A stretch of DNA of 56,154 nucleotides, filler included, from Squatina squatina (taxonomy: Eukaryota), in the NCBI GenBank assembly GCA_031763465.1. It is 3 parts of 3 records of this genome, joined end to end, with 100 filler letters (N's around TTAATTAATTAA, not from the genome) between each part and the next. Parts side by side here need not be neighbours in the genome. Positions count along the whole stretch, not along the records: positions 1 to 27,465 come from JARFOE010000234.1; 2 more parts are not named here. The stretch is one strand, 5' to 3'. Position numbers and translations under genes: made by a program. Of this stretch, positions 1 to 13,264 are shown in pieces. Under the pieces are notes generated by a model. That model searched no databases, was not told where the DNA came from, and saw only the letters and a program-made list of their open reading frames with translations. Position 1 is the stretch's first letter. Each line of letters starts with the position of its first letter.

Positions 1-329
1 GAATGCTGTCCTCACACTAGACAGGCCAGGGACGCTGAAATGGGGAATCCCAGGAGATGGACAGAATAGCCGGTGGACTATTCTGGGGAAAAGGACCCAA
101 GTTCTCCCAAATATTGATTGTTCAAAGGTCATGCACATCAACACAGTAATGTTTGAAGCTCAATAAACCAAGAGATTTATGTGGTATTAAAATCTCTGAA
201 TATCTCCGCTCCTGAGTTGCCTAAAAGTAATTATCTTTACAAAGTGGAGAATGGATATAATCTGGACAAGTTGAGATACAACACTGTTGGCCAATGTTAT
301 TACAGATCCAACCAGCTCTTGGAAACCAC

Positions 330-939
330 GGCCTGGATTACGTAGGCGGGGAGGGCGGAGTTTGGGACGGAAGTCCGGGTTTCCCCTTAACTACACTGCA
401 TTCGTCTTTTGGCACTGACGGGTTCCCCATTGACAGGCTCAGCTTTCAATCTGCCGGGGACAAATCTGGAGCAGGCTGCAAGACCAAGTAAGTCCGGTCC
501 CCGACCACAGAGGGGTGGGGGTGTTGTCCAATCCCCGACCCCGGGGGTCTTTGCATGGGAGGTTCTGATGGGGGGCAATAATGGGGAGCCAGGGGAAGCA
601 CTCCTGCTCCTCCTGGTCCACAAGCAGTGCTGTAAAAGCATTTATCTTCTCCCTGAAGCTGTCCTTGCCTCCCGTCAGCTGTTGGGTTTCCCCAGATTTG
701 GAAACCCAGTCGACCACTGTTAAACCTGTAAAGCAGGTTAAATCAGAATCTGCCTGCCTCATTAAAATATTTAAATTGCCAATTCACCTCTTGAGGTCAA
801 GTTGACTCCCTGCCCACTATCCCGCCTCCATTAATCCTGGAACTGGGAATTGGGTGGGTTGGGGTCGGATTTCTGATTTTAAGAATTTTATCATCAGACC
901 CAATACCAACCGTCCAATTTTGCATGTTAAAATTCAGCC
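330..939. repeat. Probable non-autonomous DNA-transposon-derived interspersed repeat
   Basis: GC-richer island in AT-rich DNA ending in GTTAAAATTCAGCC (926-939), similar to other termini in this window; left end only loosely complementary; no recognisable protein. Confidence 0.35.
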
Positions 940-1045
940 AGTTATTTCAGTGAGCCAGTGGTAAATCTATGGAACAGGCTTCTTCGGAAGCAATGGACGC
1001 ATTTCATATTGTTCTTTCAAATGCAAATTAGATAGTTTTATTCAG
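940..1045 (+). mobile_element. Degraded CR1-group LINE 3' ORF2 fragment
   Basis: GTGGTAAATCTATGGAAC (VVNLWN) and downstream TTAGATAGTTTT resemble the CR1 ORF2 C-terminus seen at 21323-21462. Confidence 0.4.
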
Positions 1046-3456
1046 AAAATAATATTTGGGGTTCAGTATACGAGTGACTTGAGATGACTTGAGTGTAGCA
1101 TGCTTGGGAGCAACAGGTGACTTTGGACGTATGGTTCTACCACTGGGGATTTTCTCACCTCATGTTTCGGTCTACTGCAGACGAATTGATAAGAGATTGA
1201 TTGTCATGTTTAGTGAACAACTCCAATCATGTGACTACCTGGATGACAGAAGACAAACGAGTTGGATCTAGGTCTTTTTTTCATCTAGCAATTCCTATGT
1301 TACTATTTAAATTTCAAAATTATTGGAAAATGTGAAGCTCTATTTCTTGTGCTATGTTTCAATGTCAGGCTGGAATAATAAATGAAAACAAAATNNNNNN
1401 NNNNACTTGTCCCCAATGGTCCAGTAACCAAATTCAGGTCACGAAAAAGACATTTATTACTCAAGGTTTTCTAAACGTTTGTGTGACATTTTCAAAACCC
1501 CAGTGGTATGGCTATATGCCAACTAAGTCATTAGCATTAATCAGTCATTTACATAGGCACATGCTTGTGCCATTTTCTATCTGAAATAAATGAAAGGCCA
1601 CTTAATATAGCATTTTTTTTGTATGAAGATAAGAAAGGTACAATGCGCTTGGAAGTTGCATACTAATAGTGCTATCTTTCAAAATCAGGTCTGTTGCTGA
1701 TTTTAATAAATTCTATATACATGATGCCAAGTCAGCTTTGCAAACTTGTANNNNNNNNNNNNNNNNNNNNNNNNNNNNNNNNNNNNNNNNNNNNNNNNNN
1801 NNNNNNNNNNNNNNNNNNNNNNNNNNNNNNNNNNNNNNNNNNNNNNNNNNGTAACTGCTGCAAGGGGCACCAGACCATGGGGTGAAGTTTCTACCTGAGC
1901 GAACTTCCGGCAGCTAGGTGGTTGAAGGTGCCAGTCTGGTAGTCAGGTGGTGAAGCCCACTTCAGTTTGACAGCCAAGCTTCATATGCAACGGGATGCCA
2001 AGCCACGGATAGAGTTCAAGCATCTCAGGGCTGCCTGTCGGCTCAGAGCCGCAACACCATAGCCAACCCAGCTGGCCTCCAAACCAAAAAATGTAGGTCC
2101 ATTCGGGGACCCCTGATGTTTGAAATGGAGGGAGTAGGAGTGTCCCAGGCTGAATTTATGGAGTCTGGTGGAGCACCCCCACCCCATGCCCCCAGTCCCA
2201 TAAAAAGGAGGAACTTACCTTCGGGATCCTTTCAGCCGGGTTACCAGCTGATACTGGTTGAATCATGCACGGTGTACATTCTACCCAGTTCAGTCCAAAA
2301 ATGGCAATCAGGGTGGATTGTCATACCAACCCAATTTCCATTTTTAATGAGCCTACTGCCTGACTCTGGGGTGCACGGCCATAGAGACAGCAATAGGGAC
2401 TGTAGGTCATTGCCCACAATTTACTGGGCGTAAGTACCCTATTTCTGCCGGGTGGGTGGGCTGATACCTCAGCACTGAAGTCTTCTTCTGTTAATACAGC
2501 CTATCTTTGAGGCCAGTGCTTTAACTCCTTCTCTCCCACCTTCAAACAAAACACCAATTCTTCAATAACTACCTAATGAATCACAGAAGAGAAAATACAT
2601 GGATAAAATAGGTCTTAGCAGCATTGTTACTACATCTGAAAACTTTATTGAAAAACTCTTTCGAGGCATATAAGAGTGCTTTGAGAATGCTCCTTGTAAT
2701 TTGTAGAAATGTTCCATATAAAAGCCCTTTTATATTCTTCAAGGTTAATAGAAAGTAGTCCTTGAACCAACTAAAAGATGAGATCACTGTCTAACAGCTT
2801 TGGAGACACTGCTAATACAAACAGCAGTTACCAGTCTACCTAAATAATGAAAACCCCCACCAGACAATCTGGCAATGCAGGCAACATCTGCAAAGAATAA
2901 ATGCTGCTGCAGCTTTCGAAACTGAACACAAAGGGATCTACAAAGCCAAACTGAAAGCTGGCATGCTTAATGCTCTCCGAGCTTCAAAAATGTTAATAAG
3001 CTGAAAAGAGTCAGACATAATAATTGCAAGTGAGAAAATCTATCATATTTTATTTGCATTTCCATTTGAAAAAATAAGGTAACACAAAACGTGGTGAGAG
3101 CAGATACTAATTGCTGCAAACTGAAAAGAAGGGAGGTATTTTTTCATCACTCAGTATTGACGTTTTAGGGCACTGCTTTTTTTAAAATCTCATGAAACAA
3201 ACAATAAATGCAGTTGAACAATTCTTACTTGTGATCTTAACCTGCAACACGTTAAAGAGTAAAATTTACTTAATGAATGTATTTAGTTTATTTTGTTTTG
3301 TCATGTTAATAGTTTTCATGCAGTTGCTTCAGTTTCATTTTAAGCAGCCAGCTCACNNNNNNNNNNNNNNNNNNNNNNNNNNNNNNNNNNNNNNNNNNNN
3401 NNNNNNNNNNNNNNNNNNNNNNNNNNNNNNNNNNNNNNNNNNNNNNNNNNNNNNNN

Positions 3457-4733
3457 CTCTCGTGGCCCGCCCGTACTTCCCCGCTAGCAATGAGCTGGAG
3501 AGCATGATGCTGCACATTAGTGGGGTGAAGAATGGCCAAGGCTAGGTTTTGATTCCTGCTAGTTAAGGTGGCATTCAGAGTGTGCAAGCGGTTGGTGAGG
3601 GCCAGCATGCACTCATTTGATGCTCCATACAGGTGGCCACTCTTTCCATGGACAAACATATCATAGCTAAGGCGTGTGACTTCATGCCAGTCATGCTTGA
3701 GATGGACTCCTCCATTCTCCCTGTAATCGAGCACAACATGGCTGGAAATCCCGCGAGAGCCTTGCGCGTTTTTCCTGCTCCTCCAGGGTCAGTCTCTTTG
3801 TCGACGGCCCCCAAGGTTCAATATCTGCGTCCAGCTGAGCAGAGCCTGGAGCGTCCTACATCCTCCAGCGAGGACGCTCCACTGCTGTCCCTGTCTCCAC
3901 CATCTGCTCTCGCTCACAAGTGATCTGTGAGACACCAGGTGACAACACTACTATCTGACTTGGTGGTCCCACTGATGTGTGTGTGTAGCTGCGCTGGTGC
4001 ATGGTGAGCATGCATCTTGTGACGGTGCACCCTCAGAGTTAGTCACCCCCTCTGGGAATCATCTTCCTCCTCTGGCTCCACCGTCTCTGGGACACTTGGT
4101 GGGCCTGTGGGAGATTAAAGACATGAATTAGAACTGTCATGGTAAAAATATTTGAAGTTACCATTACACACATGATGATATTTCACTGGCTGCTGACATT
4201 AAGCCAACTTTTGTCTGCCATGTGGCTGTGTGATATTTAAACCTGTCACCAGGTAGCTCCCCGTCACTCCATCTCCAACCACCAGACACGCCGATATTCC
4301 ACTTATCTCGAGCACCTCCTCCTCTGCAGTAGTCAGCGTGGCGATGATTAGAGGGCCACCTCCAGTTCTCTGCCTCTCTCTGCTGTTCTGTGCCTCTCTT
4401 CTCCTGCAAGGAGAGAAACAGGAGATCTTAGAGGGAGAGTCATGGAATGAGTGGAACATATGGCTGGACAACATCTGTTGAGGGTGACTCTGAGGNNNNN
4501 NNNNNCACAGACCGAGGGGGATGGGTGCATCTGTAAGGTACATTGAGGTGAGGAGTGATGTGCAGGAAAAGGCTTGGGAAGGCAGAGTGATGTGACTGGG
4601 GAGACATGTACATCAGGATGTAGTTGAATGTGACATTGTACTCGCCTTTCCTGCCCTCATTAGGTCATTAAATCTCTTCCTGCACTGTATCCAGGAGCGT
4701 GGCACCACATTCCTGCTGCTGACCTCTGCTATC
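3457..4733 (-). pseudogene. PIF/Harbinger transposon Myb/SANT-like DNA-binding gene relic (spliced, frameshifted)
   Basis: Exon 4733-4646 reads AEVSSRNVVPRSWIQCRKRFNDLMRAGK (Myb/SANT-like helix 3); exon 4403-4243 reads EKR/AQNSRERQRTGGGPLIIATLTTAEEEVLEI with a frameshift; CAG acceptors at 4406-4404 and 4107-4105; degraded third exon runs to the gap. Confidence 0.75.
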
Positions 4734-5944
4734 NNNNNNNNNNNNNNNNNNNNNNNNNNNNNNNNNNNNNNNNNNNNNNNNNNNNNNNNNNNNNNNNNNN
4801 NNNNNNNNNNNNNNNNNNNNNNNNNNNNNNNNNCAAGTTATACATGACCATTTTCCATGGTTGGGTATTCAATGCTGTAAATCTAACAGGGCATACGTGG
4901 TGTAAAATAGCAAAATGCTCCAATTAAACTACCTTGCTTATTTTCTGGGCAAATTATCAGTGTGACTTGTGCCGGTTATTGGTAACTTGTCCATTGGGGG
5001 CACGGGAATTCGGATGGGAGTGATTCCATTTAAAGGCAGCTTGCGTCTCTGATTGTGACTCCAAACTTGGAACATACAGTCAATATGAGTTCTTCAAGGG
5101 CTCCTTGAGTTTTGGGCAGTAATGTCAGAAAAAGAATTAACATCAGAAAGCAGGTAACATTGAGCCTATTATTTCATGGCAACACACAGGCCTAATAAAC
5201 CATGAAATGGTTAAATATTTCTTTATTTGTATTAAAATGATGGTTTCAAGTGTGTCCAACAATTACAATAAGGAAGACCTAAATACATTACTCATCAGCT
5301 ATGGATGTTGCTCTGTACAATACCATCCATTACATTTGTAAAAGGTGGCAGTACAAAGATTAATGATAATGATCAGTTTTATGCCCCAAGTTCAGACTGT
5401 GATGATGCGCATGAATACACGCAGTAAATAGGATGCACTTACTTAAATGCAGCTTGGTGTGTCGTGGGAGGTGAATATTTAACAGAATGACAGTAATTCG
5501 CTGAACTTATTCTATTCTGTCTTCNNNNNNNNNNNNNNNNNNNNNNNNNNNNNNNNNNNNNNNNNNNNNNNNNNNNNNNNNNNNNNNNNNNNNNNNNNNN
5601 NNNNNNNNNNNNNNNNNNNNNNNNGTAAGCAGCAATCAACATGAATTCAGAAAAGGAAGATCCTGCCTGCCCAACCTCAGTGGCATTCCAATGCCTACAA
5701 TATGGTATACCTTGACAAAAGTTGTGTGTGAAAGGTGGGATTCCAGAGTAAAAGCTGGGAATGGTTAAGAATTTGGTTGAGAGGTAAGAAGCAGCAATCA
5801 CTTGTTAAGTGAGTAGGGAAGCACTGAGTGAGGTGCCCCAGGGATCTTGCAGAGACTCCTCCTGTACCTGGCACAGTCTGGATTATTAGCAAAATTATTA
5901 AACTCACAGGTGACAAGAGTGACTGCACTCAAAGGAATTCATCG

Positions 5945-6002
5945 AGTGTGAAGCACTTTGTCATGTCCAGCGAACATAAGGTGCTAAATAAATGCAAGTT
6001 CC
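5945..6002 (+). repeat. SINE/LINE 3' tail fragment
   Basis: AAGCACTTTG...GGTGCTAAATAAATGCAAGTT matches the tail type also seen at 25500-25524 and, reversed, at 45755-45815 and 53995-54045. Confidence 0.5.
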
Positions 6003-6019
6003 TCCCTTATCATGAGTGT

Positions 6020-6616
6020 ATTTTATTTTCTTTTGTAATACATCATCAATATTAATGAAAATACCAATACCCAACACAAAGTGAAATACATTTTCTTTTG
6101 TCTAAAACTAAAAAATATGGTGAAGTACCCCAAAGACATCATTACACTGTACCAAAAAAAGATAAAAATATATTTTATATATATATATATTTAGCCACAG
6201 TATTTACAGATCCTTGTAAATAATCACCAAGGGTCAGAGATCTATCTATATCGTTACGCAGGGTAGAGAGTGTAATGAACTATATGCACCATATTGTACC
6301 AACTTTTACTAAACTCAGACACTTTTAGGGAAGAATTTAAATACTTCAGTAGATTAATGAAGTATTGTTAACAATTTTGAGTTGTATTGGGTGGTTTTTT
6401 GAACAAAATCATATTCATGCAATAGTGCAGCAGTACCACAAGGTAAATGTTAGTGTTCACACAGGAAACACACAATATTAGTCTGCAGTATCCAGTCTCC
6501 ATATATTTCTGAATTACACAATTGGGCCACTTGGTGCTGACCAGACTAATCCATGCAGTTTAAAGTAATTGGTCAATCTCCCATCCATAGGAAGGAAACT
6601 GAAGTGGAGAAAGATG
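6020..6616 (-). other. SHB: Probable SHB 3' UTR
   Basis: Directly follows the SHB stop; AU-rich; TGTAAATA on the minus strand at 6208-6201; AATAAA on the minus strand at 6027-6022. Confidence 0.5.
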
Positions 6617-6841
<225 letters not shown>

Positions 6842-6991
6842 TCACTGCAATGCATAACTAGATATAAACTAATANNNNNNNNNNNNNNNNNNNNNNNNNN
6901 NNNNNNNNNNNNNNNNNNNNNNNNNNNNNNNNNNNNNNNNNNNNNNNNNNNNNNNNNNNNNNNNNNNNNNNNNNACAAGATATTGACTTAC

Positions 6992-7145
6992 ACTTGTTTC
7001 TCCAGTGGGGTGTTTGGGTCTACTCTCTCTCCTATAATCCCACAGAACTCCGGACCTCCATGTTTGAGTAGACCTGGGGGTCTCAGCTGCCTGCGTCTGT
7101 CACACGAGGGAGAGGATTGCCTCTTCTCAGTGCCATTGAGCTGGG
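6992..7145 (-). CDS. SHB: SHB internal exon preceding the SH2 domain
   Basis: AQLNGTEKRQSSPSCDRRRQLRPPGLLKHGGPEFCGIIGERVDPNTPLEKQ; TAG acceptor and GTAAGT donor; the following WYHGAI exon is absent and presumably lies in the gap at 6875-6974. Confidence 0.9.
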
Positions 7146-7929
7146 CTACAAGGAGACAATAAGATACAAATACCACACTTAAAAAAGTGTTCTCCTTCTC
7201 TCTTAGTCATTCCCATAATAAAAAATTTCAGGAACAGGAAAATGTTATTGGGCCCAACCAGCCGTTCTCTTTTTGTTCAATCTAAATTATTTTCTCAGCC
7301 TTTTTGAGATTGTATTTATAAAAGAAAATTGTCCAATGATCACAGAAGTAGCAACTCAAAATTAAAAATGCCAACATCACAAAGAACAGAATGATAAAGG
7401 GCCAGCAATGCTCAATCAAATGTCCAAGCTCCAATCCCTGAAAGATGAAGCAATGCTGGAATCTGCCCATGTAACCTTGCCTTGATGTAACTACAGCCAC
7501 TCGTCAGTGCTGGTGCTGTAGAGCTCGAGTTTGGCATCTCCCAATTCTTCAGCCTGGACTGCAGAAAAACTCCTCTGATCCAGCCAATCTTACTTCTCTG
7601 CTTTCCGAATTGCCATAAGCTTTTTATTTACTTAACTATAAATATGAAATCAAAGTGCTGTATAAAGACAGAATGTATGACTTTAATATGGGAACTGAAT
7701 ATGTACATATTTTATATCTATCCACATCTTAGTAAAGATGTACGGGGCCCCAATCGGTCTGACCTCACGCCCGGGTAGCGCCAAATAGCAGTGCAACCCA
7801 GGCATGAAATAAGCATCAAGGCCAAAAGTNNNNNNNNNNNNNNNNNNNNNNNNNNNNNNNNNNNNNNNNNNNNNNNNNNNNNNNNNNNNNNNNNNNNNNN
7901 NNNNNNNNNNNNNNNNNNNNNNNNNNNNN

Positions 7930-8240
7930 TGCCTTCTTTCCACCTTCTCCACCAAGGCCTCCAGTGCAGCATCAGAAAACCATGGTGCATGGTCTCTCCC
8001 ATGGTCAGCCAGTTTCTTTTGTCACAGCCCTATTCCCAATGATGTCAGCACGTCCAGCAATAACATCGCTCCTTTCCCTTAGGAACAGGCGCTACTAATG
8101 ATATTGGACTCCCTACTGAAACGCAGTTAACGCAGGCAGCATGAAGATGGCGTGCTGCCTGCATTACACTGAAAGCATGCGGGGTAATCGCGCATCGCGA
8201 TCCACACACCCATTTTCGGGGGCTATCCAATTTAGCCTCC
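7930..8240 (-). mobile_element. Harbinger element end with the start of a Myb/SANT-like gene
   Basis: Minus strand reads HGRDHAPWFSDAALEALVEKVERR (Myb/SANT-like first helix); terminus CAATTTAGCCTCC at 8228-8240. Confidence 0.65.
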
Positions 8241-10531
8241 GGTCATTCTTACCTTTCTAGAAATTAAGGTGCCCGGTCAAATATTCCACTGAACATGGTG
8301 TTTCGAATTACTATAGTGTACAATAGCTGAGAATACAAGTAGATACAGTGATACTCAAAATACTTCACTCTGTCAGTTTTGTTTGTGTTGGCTTACAGTA
8401 TATGGCTATGCAACTCTTTTCTGCCGAGAGGAATAAAGACCCTTTCAATTGTTTTTTATTTGGTTTGGCTTTTGCAATACTTGTGGAGAAGGAGCGCACT
8501 AATAATGAAAAAGCAATTAAAAGACCGAAGAACCCCAGGCCATACTAAGTCAGCCAAATGAACTGAAAGAAGCAAAGATGGGGAAAAAAATGAAAGGTTA
8601 TTGCCAAAATAACAGGCCTGGTTCAAGCTGTGAACATGTGAAAACATCTTCAGAATGCTGTTATCATGAACTCAGAGCCTCGTCTCCATCCAGTCTGCTT
8701 GCTGGAATACCTCAAGAAAATAGTCACACAAAAGGCAGAAAATAAGCAAGAGGCTAACTGTGAGCACAAAAGAAACAGCAAAACTGACACGAAAAACTTG
8801 AATTTCTACTGTGCTTCAAACATTTCAATTTCTTAAAGCACCTATTAGTGGCTTCTGGCTACTTATCCTTTTCAACTTTGGTATCCGGTCCCTGGGAATT
8901 CCCTGGGGCGAGACATTTCTCCCAGTGGGAGTTCTCTACATTCAGGTAAAAAATCCATTCACAAGTCTACTGAACATACCACAGTGAGGGCTGGCAGTAG
9001 ATGACTTTTGATGTCGGCCCCTCTGTCTGATCTGCATGCTGGTATCGTCTTTTGTATTTGGCTGTGAGGCTTTTTCGCCACCATGTTCTGACCCTTTGCT
9101 GGGTGGTCCTTCAATTAGTTGTCAGTAAATGTCTGCTGCAACATGAAATATGAGACCTCTGCATTCATCTTGTCTTCAGATTTGTGTTACTGCTGTCACT
9201 ACTAAACAGTCGAGTAGCTTCAACTTTTTTGAACTATCTTGTCTGCCATTAGTATTGTTTTGGTAATTGTTTCTAGTCTCCTGTGAATGCTGGAAGGAAG
9301 AATCTACAACAGGTAAGGTATTACGGAGGTATGTACAATTGTAGAGAAAGTATACTATCAACATTTTCAAAGCATTTTATCTACCTCTGGAATTAATTGC
9401 TTGTCTTTGCTCCTGGGAGACTAAATCATTCTGTCACTCTGTCNNNNNNNNNNNNNNNNNNNNNNNNNNNNNNNNNNNNNNNNNNNNNNNNNNNNNNNNN
9501 NNNNNNNNNNNNNNNNNNNNNNNNNNNNNNNNNNNNNNNNNNNTTGCCATGAGATGAGGCACAGTAAACCTGAGTCACAGACCGTACATCCCAATGTGTT
9601 GGACTGGATTTCTCTGCCAAGTGTCATTCGGGTAAACAACGAAGATCAAGGAACTTGATCTGTGGCACTTATTTGCCATCAATTCAATATGTAATGAACT
9701 CCATCAGTGTAATGAAGTCAAGATTTCAGGCAATGGGAACAGACATTAATAACTGCATGCTAGCACTCCTTGTGAAAGGTGGTGCATGTGGTCAACTTTC
9801 TGGAGCTGCAAAATATGAAGAGACCTCTGGAGATAAAACTCCGAGGAAGAGCAGACATTTAGGTGAATTACAATTTTTACTTTCCTCTCCTGAAGGCAGT
9901 GCCTTATTTTGAGGTAGTGTGCCCCCTCCAGAACCTTGCCCAAATGGGCCGCCTTCCTGTGTAAGCCAAGACAGTGAGTCACTGGACTATTTAACCATGG
10001 TGGGCCTCACAGCTGACTCTGATAGTCAGGACCCAGGTGCAGGAGATTTGTTCCTTTTATGTAGTCCAGGGCCATTCCAACGCCTTTCCTTTCCTGGGAC
10101 CTCCCTGGCTTCCATTGCTTGGTTCCACACCACTTTGTGCACTCATCCATCGAACCACTGCAGAGAAGACAGATGAGAAGAAAGTAGAGAGTGAGATGAG
10201 GAACTGATTATTTTTAAGAACTCTATTTGCAGTTTCCAGCTGGTAAATTGTATTTTGTCTGGTATCTTATTGTTTAATTCCTTCTCAAGATGCGAGCACC
10301 AATGGCAGCTGGAAGGAATATTATTTGAATGTTGCCTTTTGTACAGATTAAAACTTAACATCTGCTCTGAATTTGAGGGTATTTGTTGCCTTTAAAAACT
10401 CGCTGAAAATGCATTGCAATCATTAAACCCATTCAATGAGTGCACTGTTTTGTGATGCACTAATCTCCTCTTCTGTCAGACAACAATTCACCAATCTATT
10501 CACTAACTGGCATCATTTATGTAATTTGCAG

Positions 10532-10837
10532 GTGGGAAAGGTTTCATGTTTACAGTCAATGATATCAAGGCCGGTGTGGTTCGCTACCATCATGACGACA
10601 GCGACACCACAGAAGATTTCATCATATTTAGAATTTCTGATGGTCTTCATAGTACCCGGCACAAATTCCCCATCAACATCCTGCCGAAAGATGACAGCCC
10701 TCCATTCTTGATCAATAATGTTATCTTTGAACTGTGTGAGGACCAAGAAATGTTGATTGAGAAGTTTATGCTTCAGGCCTCAGACATGGACTCAAGTGAC
10801 GATTATANNNNNNNNNNAACAGCTCCTGAACTAACAG
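10532..10837 (+). CDS. FREM1: FRAS1-related extracellular matrix protein 1, CSPG-repeat exon (internal 10-N gap)
   Basis: [63 protein letters not shown]...SDMDSSDDY; CAG acceptor ending 10531, GT donor 10838. Confidence 0.92.
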
Positions 10838-11813
10838 GTATTTTTTTTTAAAGTGTCTCGGTGATAACAGTTTCCTGTTTTTAGGCATTCAGTGTTGGTT
10901 ACTCCATTTACTCTGCCCAACAATATCTCGATATCCCAGTCTTCAAAGAGCGCCCACACTGGTCCCTCCTTGCAGTTGGCCTCCTTTGCGCCTTCCTTTA
11001 CCACCTCCAGGGGTGCAAACGGCTTACTGACTGGGCACAGTGAAAGTACCAATGTCCAAGAACTTCCATGACAGGTTAGTGCTGATGCTAAAACTTACCG
11101 CCTCGATCTCCTGCACCCTGGAAATCATGACACATTATCGCCCACGGACATGATATCCGCTCCCACCCCCTACAGCATCTGATATCGAGAGCTGCAGGAG
11201 GCGTTCTCACCTCGGCTGACCGTTTGGGGAGCGCTAATTAAAGGCAGTGGTGGTCAGGTGGTCCAAAATGTTATCACCCCAAATTGCTGTTTTGGGATTT
11301 ATTTTCAGGCTGCGATTTCTCAGCTCTTAGATTGCTTGGNNNNNNNNNNNNNNNNNNNNNNNNNNNNNNNNNNNNNNNNNNNNNNNNNNNNNNNNNNNNN
11401 NNNNNNNNNNNNNNNNNNNNNNNNNNNNNNNNNNNNNNNTGAATGCTGTACTAATTTGTCCCTGACCATGAGTTTTCCAGTTGTTACCTATATGACATTG
11501 CGTTTAGCATTGTGGCCATTGCAGTTTCCAATCACAGGATAATACCAGGTGGTACACAGTTGTTCATAGAGGATGTAGATTGTAGCATGTGTGTATGAAA
11601 TGTGATAAACGTTAACCTTTGGGATGTATGCAAATGGGTGACGAACAAAGGTTAGGGAGGAGGGTGTTTACCAGTGGGAAATGCAACACCAGATGTTCTA
11701 CTGAGCTATAGGGACCAGAATTAGTTAATCCCAACCAAGGCAAATAAATATCCCTGCGAAGGGGTTGTTTGGAATAAGGATATTATGTGATGTGGACATG
11801 CTGCAAAGTCAAA

Positions 11814-12958
11814 GGGGTCAAAATTGCCCCTTTTTGTGATGCCCATTAGTGCCTCTGGATGGTGCTAACGTGGTGTAACACTTTTCGCCGGGTGGGGGCG
11901 GGGATGGGGCACAACCAGCTCCCGCGAAATTGCATGGGAGTTAGTGGAGGCGCTGCTACAATAGCGCAGTGCCACATTAACAGCTTCCCGTACGGCCGTG
12001 CAACCGGTAGTGATATAATCACCGTACATGGCAGCCTCTTAGCGTCACACGGCGACTCCATTCCTGCGGTGGATATTGCCCCACGCCCCGCGAAGCTGAC
12101 GCGAGTGGCGTCAACACCAGCCTCGTCGGTAAGAAATTAAAGGGGAGGTCTGAGCGTCTCGTGCCACCATCTTGGTGGTTTGTTGACTCACCGGTTAGCC
12201 CAACTTCTTCTCCCCTTGCGTGGTCCAAGCCACCATCGTGCAGCCCAGCACTCCGTTTTGGGTGCCGGGCTGCGGCCTCAGCACCACACCCCACTGGTGG
12301 CCCAGTGGTGGCCATCAGTGGCCTGGCAGAGTACACAGCGGGCGTTGAACTGCGTCAGCACTACGTGGAGCATCCACATAGCACTGCCGATCATGCCCCA
12401 GCATCGCATCGGAACCCGCATCAAGAGGAAGTGGAGCACACGAGATTGCACTCCACTTCTTCTGTGGGGAAGTCCCACCCTGAGCCGGTTACCACCCCCA
12501 ATCGAGGCCCTGGGGAATGTCTCCCCCAAAGGATTCTGGTGTAGGCTTTGCAACGAATAAGTGTTTAGCATGGTCTTTTTGGCAAGGAAGTCGCTCTGGT
12601 GCATCATTGATGGGATTCCCAGGCATGAATAGCTCAACTTTGTTACTCTAAGATGAAGCAATTTTCCAAATGTGCACTGGCCTAGAGGAACCTCCTCCAC
12701 CAGGAGATCCTGGGCAGGTATTCCATCATTTCACATGCATTAGTTCTCTGCCACACCAGCAATACATATATGTCATGCTCAGGTTTCTTGGTGTGTGCTC
12801 CCAGCAGGTGAGATTCAGTCCAAGAAGCAAGCATTTGCGGTATTGCATCCAGTGCAATACCATCCAGCACAATAAAATCTTTTGGCTAAAATTTGAGAGA
12901 TTCAAAAAAAATGTTATTAGCCTGCCGCCTCAGAGCTCATTTCAGCTCAATTTAGTCG
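11814..12958. mobile_element. GC-rich probable Harbinger-derived non-autonomous element in a FREM1 intron
   Basis: Starts GGGGTCAAAATTG and ends CAATTTAGTCG (imperfect inverted termini like 8228-8240 and 19345-19357); CpG-rich interior; ORFs unrecognisable. Confidence 0.45.
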
Positions 12959-13011
12959 CACCATTTTGGCATTCACACAAATTATTCTGCTCCGTTTTTC
13001 TTTTTCCGCAG

Positions 13012-13161
13012 GTGTATCAGTAAAGAATTGGAATATAGTAATTACCAATGACGGGCTGGAAGAGAATGAGGAAACATTTGAAGTGCTACTTGCATCTCCA
13101 GTGAATGCAGTTCTTGGTGCCAAAACCAAAGCATTGATCAAAATCATTGATGCAAGCAGAG
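13012..13161 (+). CDS. FREM1: FREM1 Calx-beta domain exon
   Basis: GVSVKNWNIVITNDGLEENEETFEVLLASPVNAVLGAKTKALIKIIDASR; polypyrimidine-CAG acceptor, GTAAAA donor; 150 nt, phase 1-1. Confidence 0.92.
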
Positions 13162-13264
13162 GTAAAACACAAATGAGAAACCCTTATCACGTGATATGAC
13201 GTCTCCTTCTCCAAGCCCCTTATCAACATTTATTGCATTTCTACATTCTCTCGTTGCATCACAG

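Noticed and set aside
8760-9420. Coding-like composition on the minus strand
   Set aside because: Stops in all frames examined and no recognisable protein
11846-12870. Cluster of overlapping 70-140 aa ORFs
   Set aside because: Expected in a GC-rich repeat; only weak hints of Myb or transposase motifs, not enough to call
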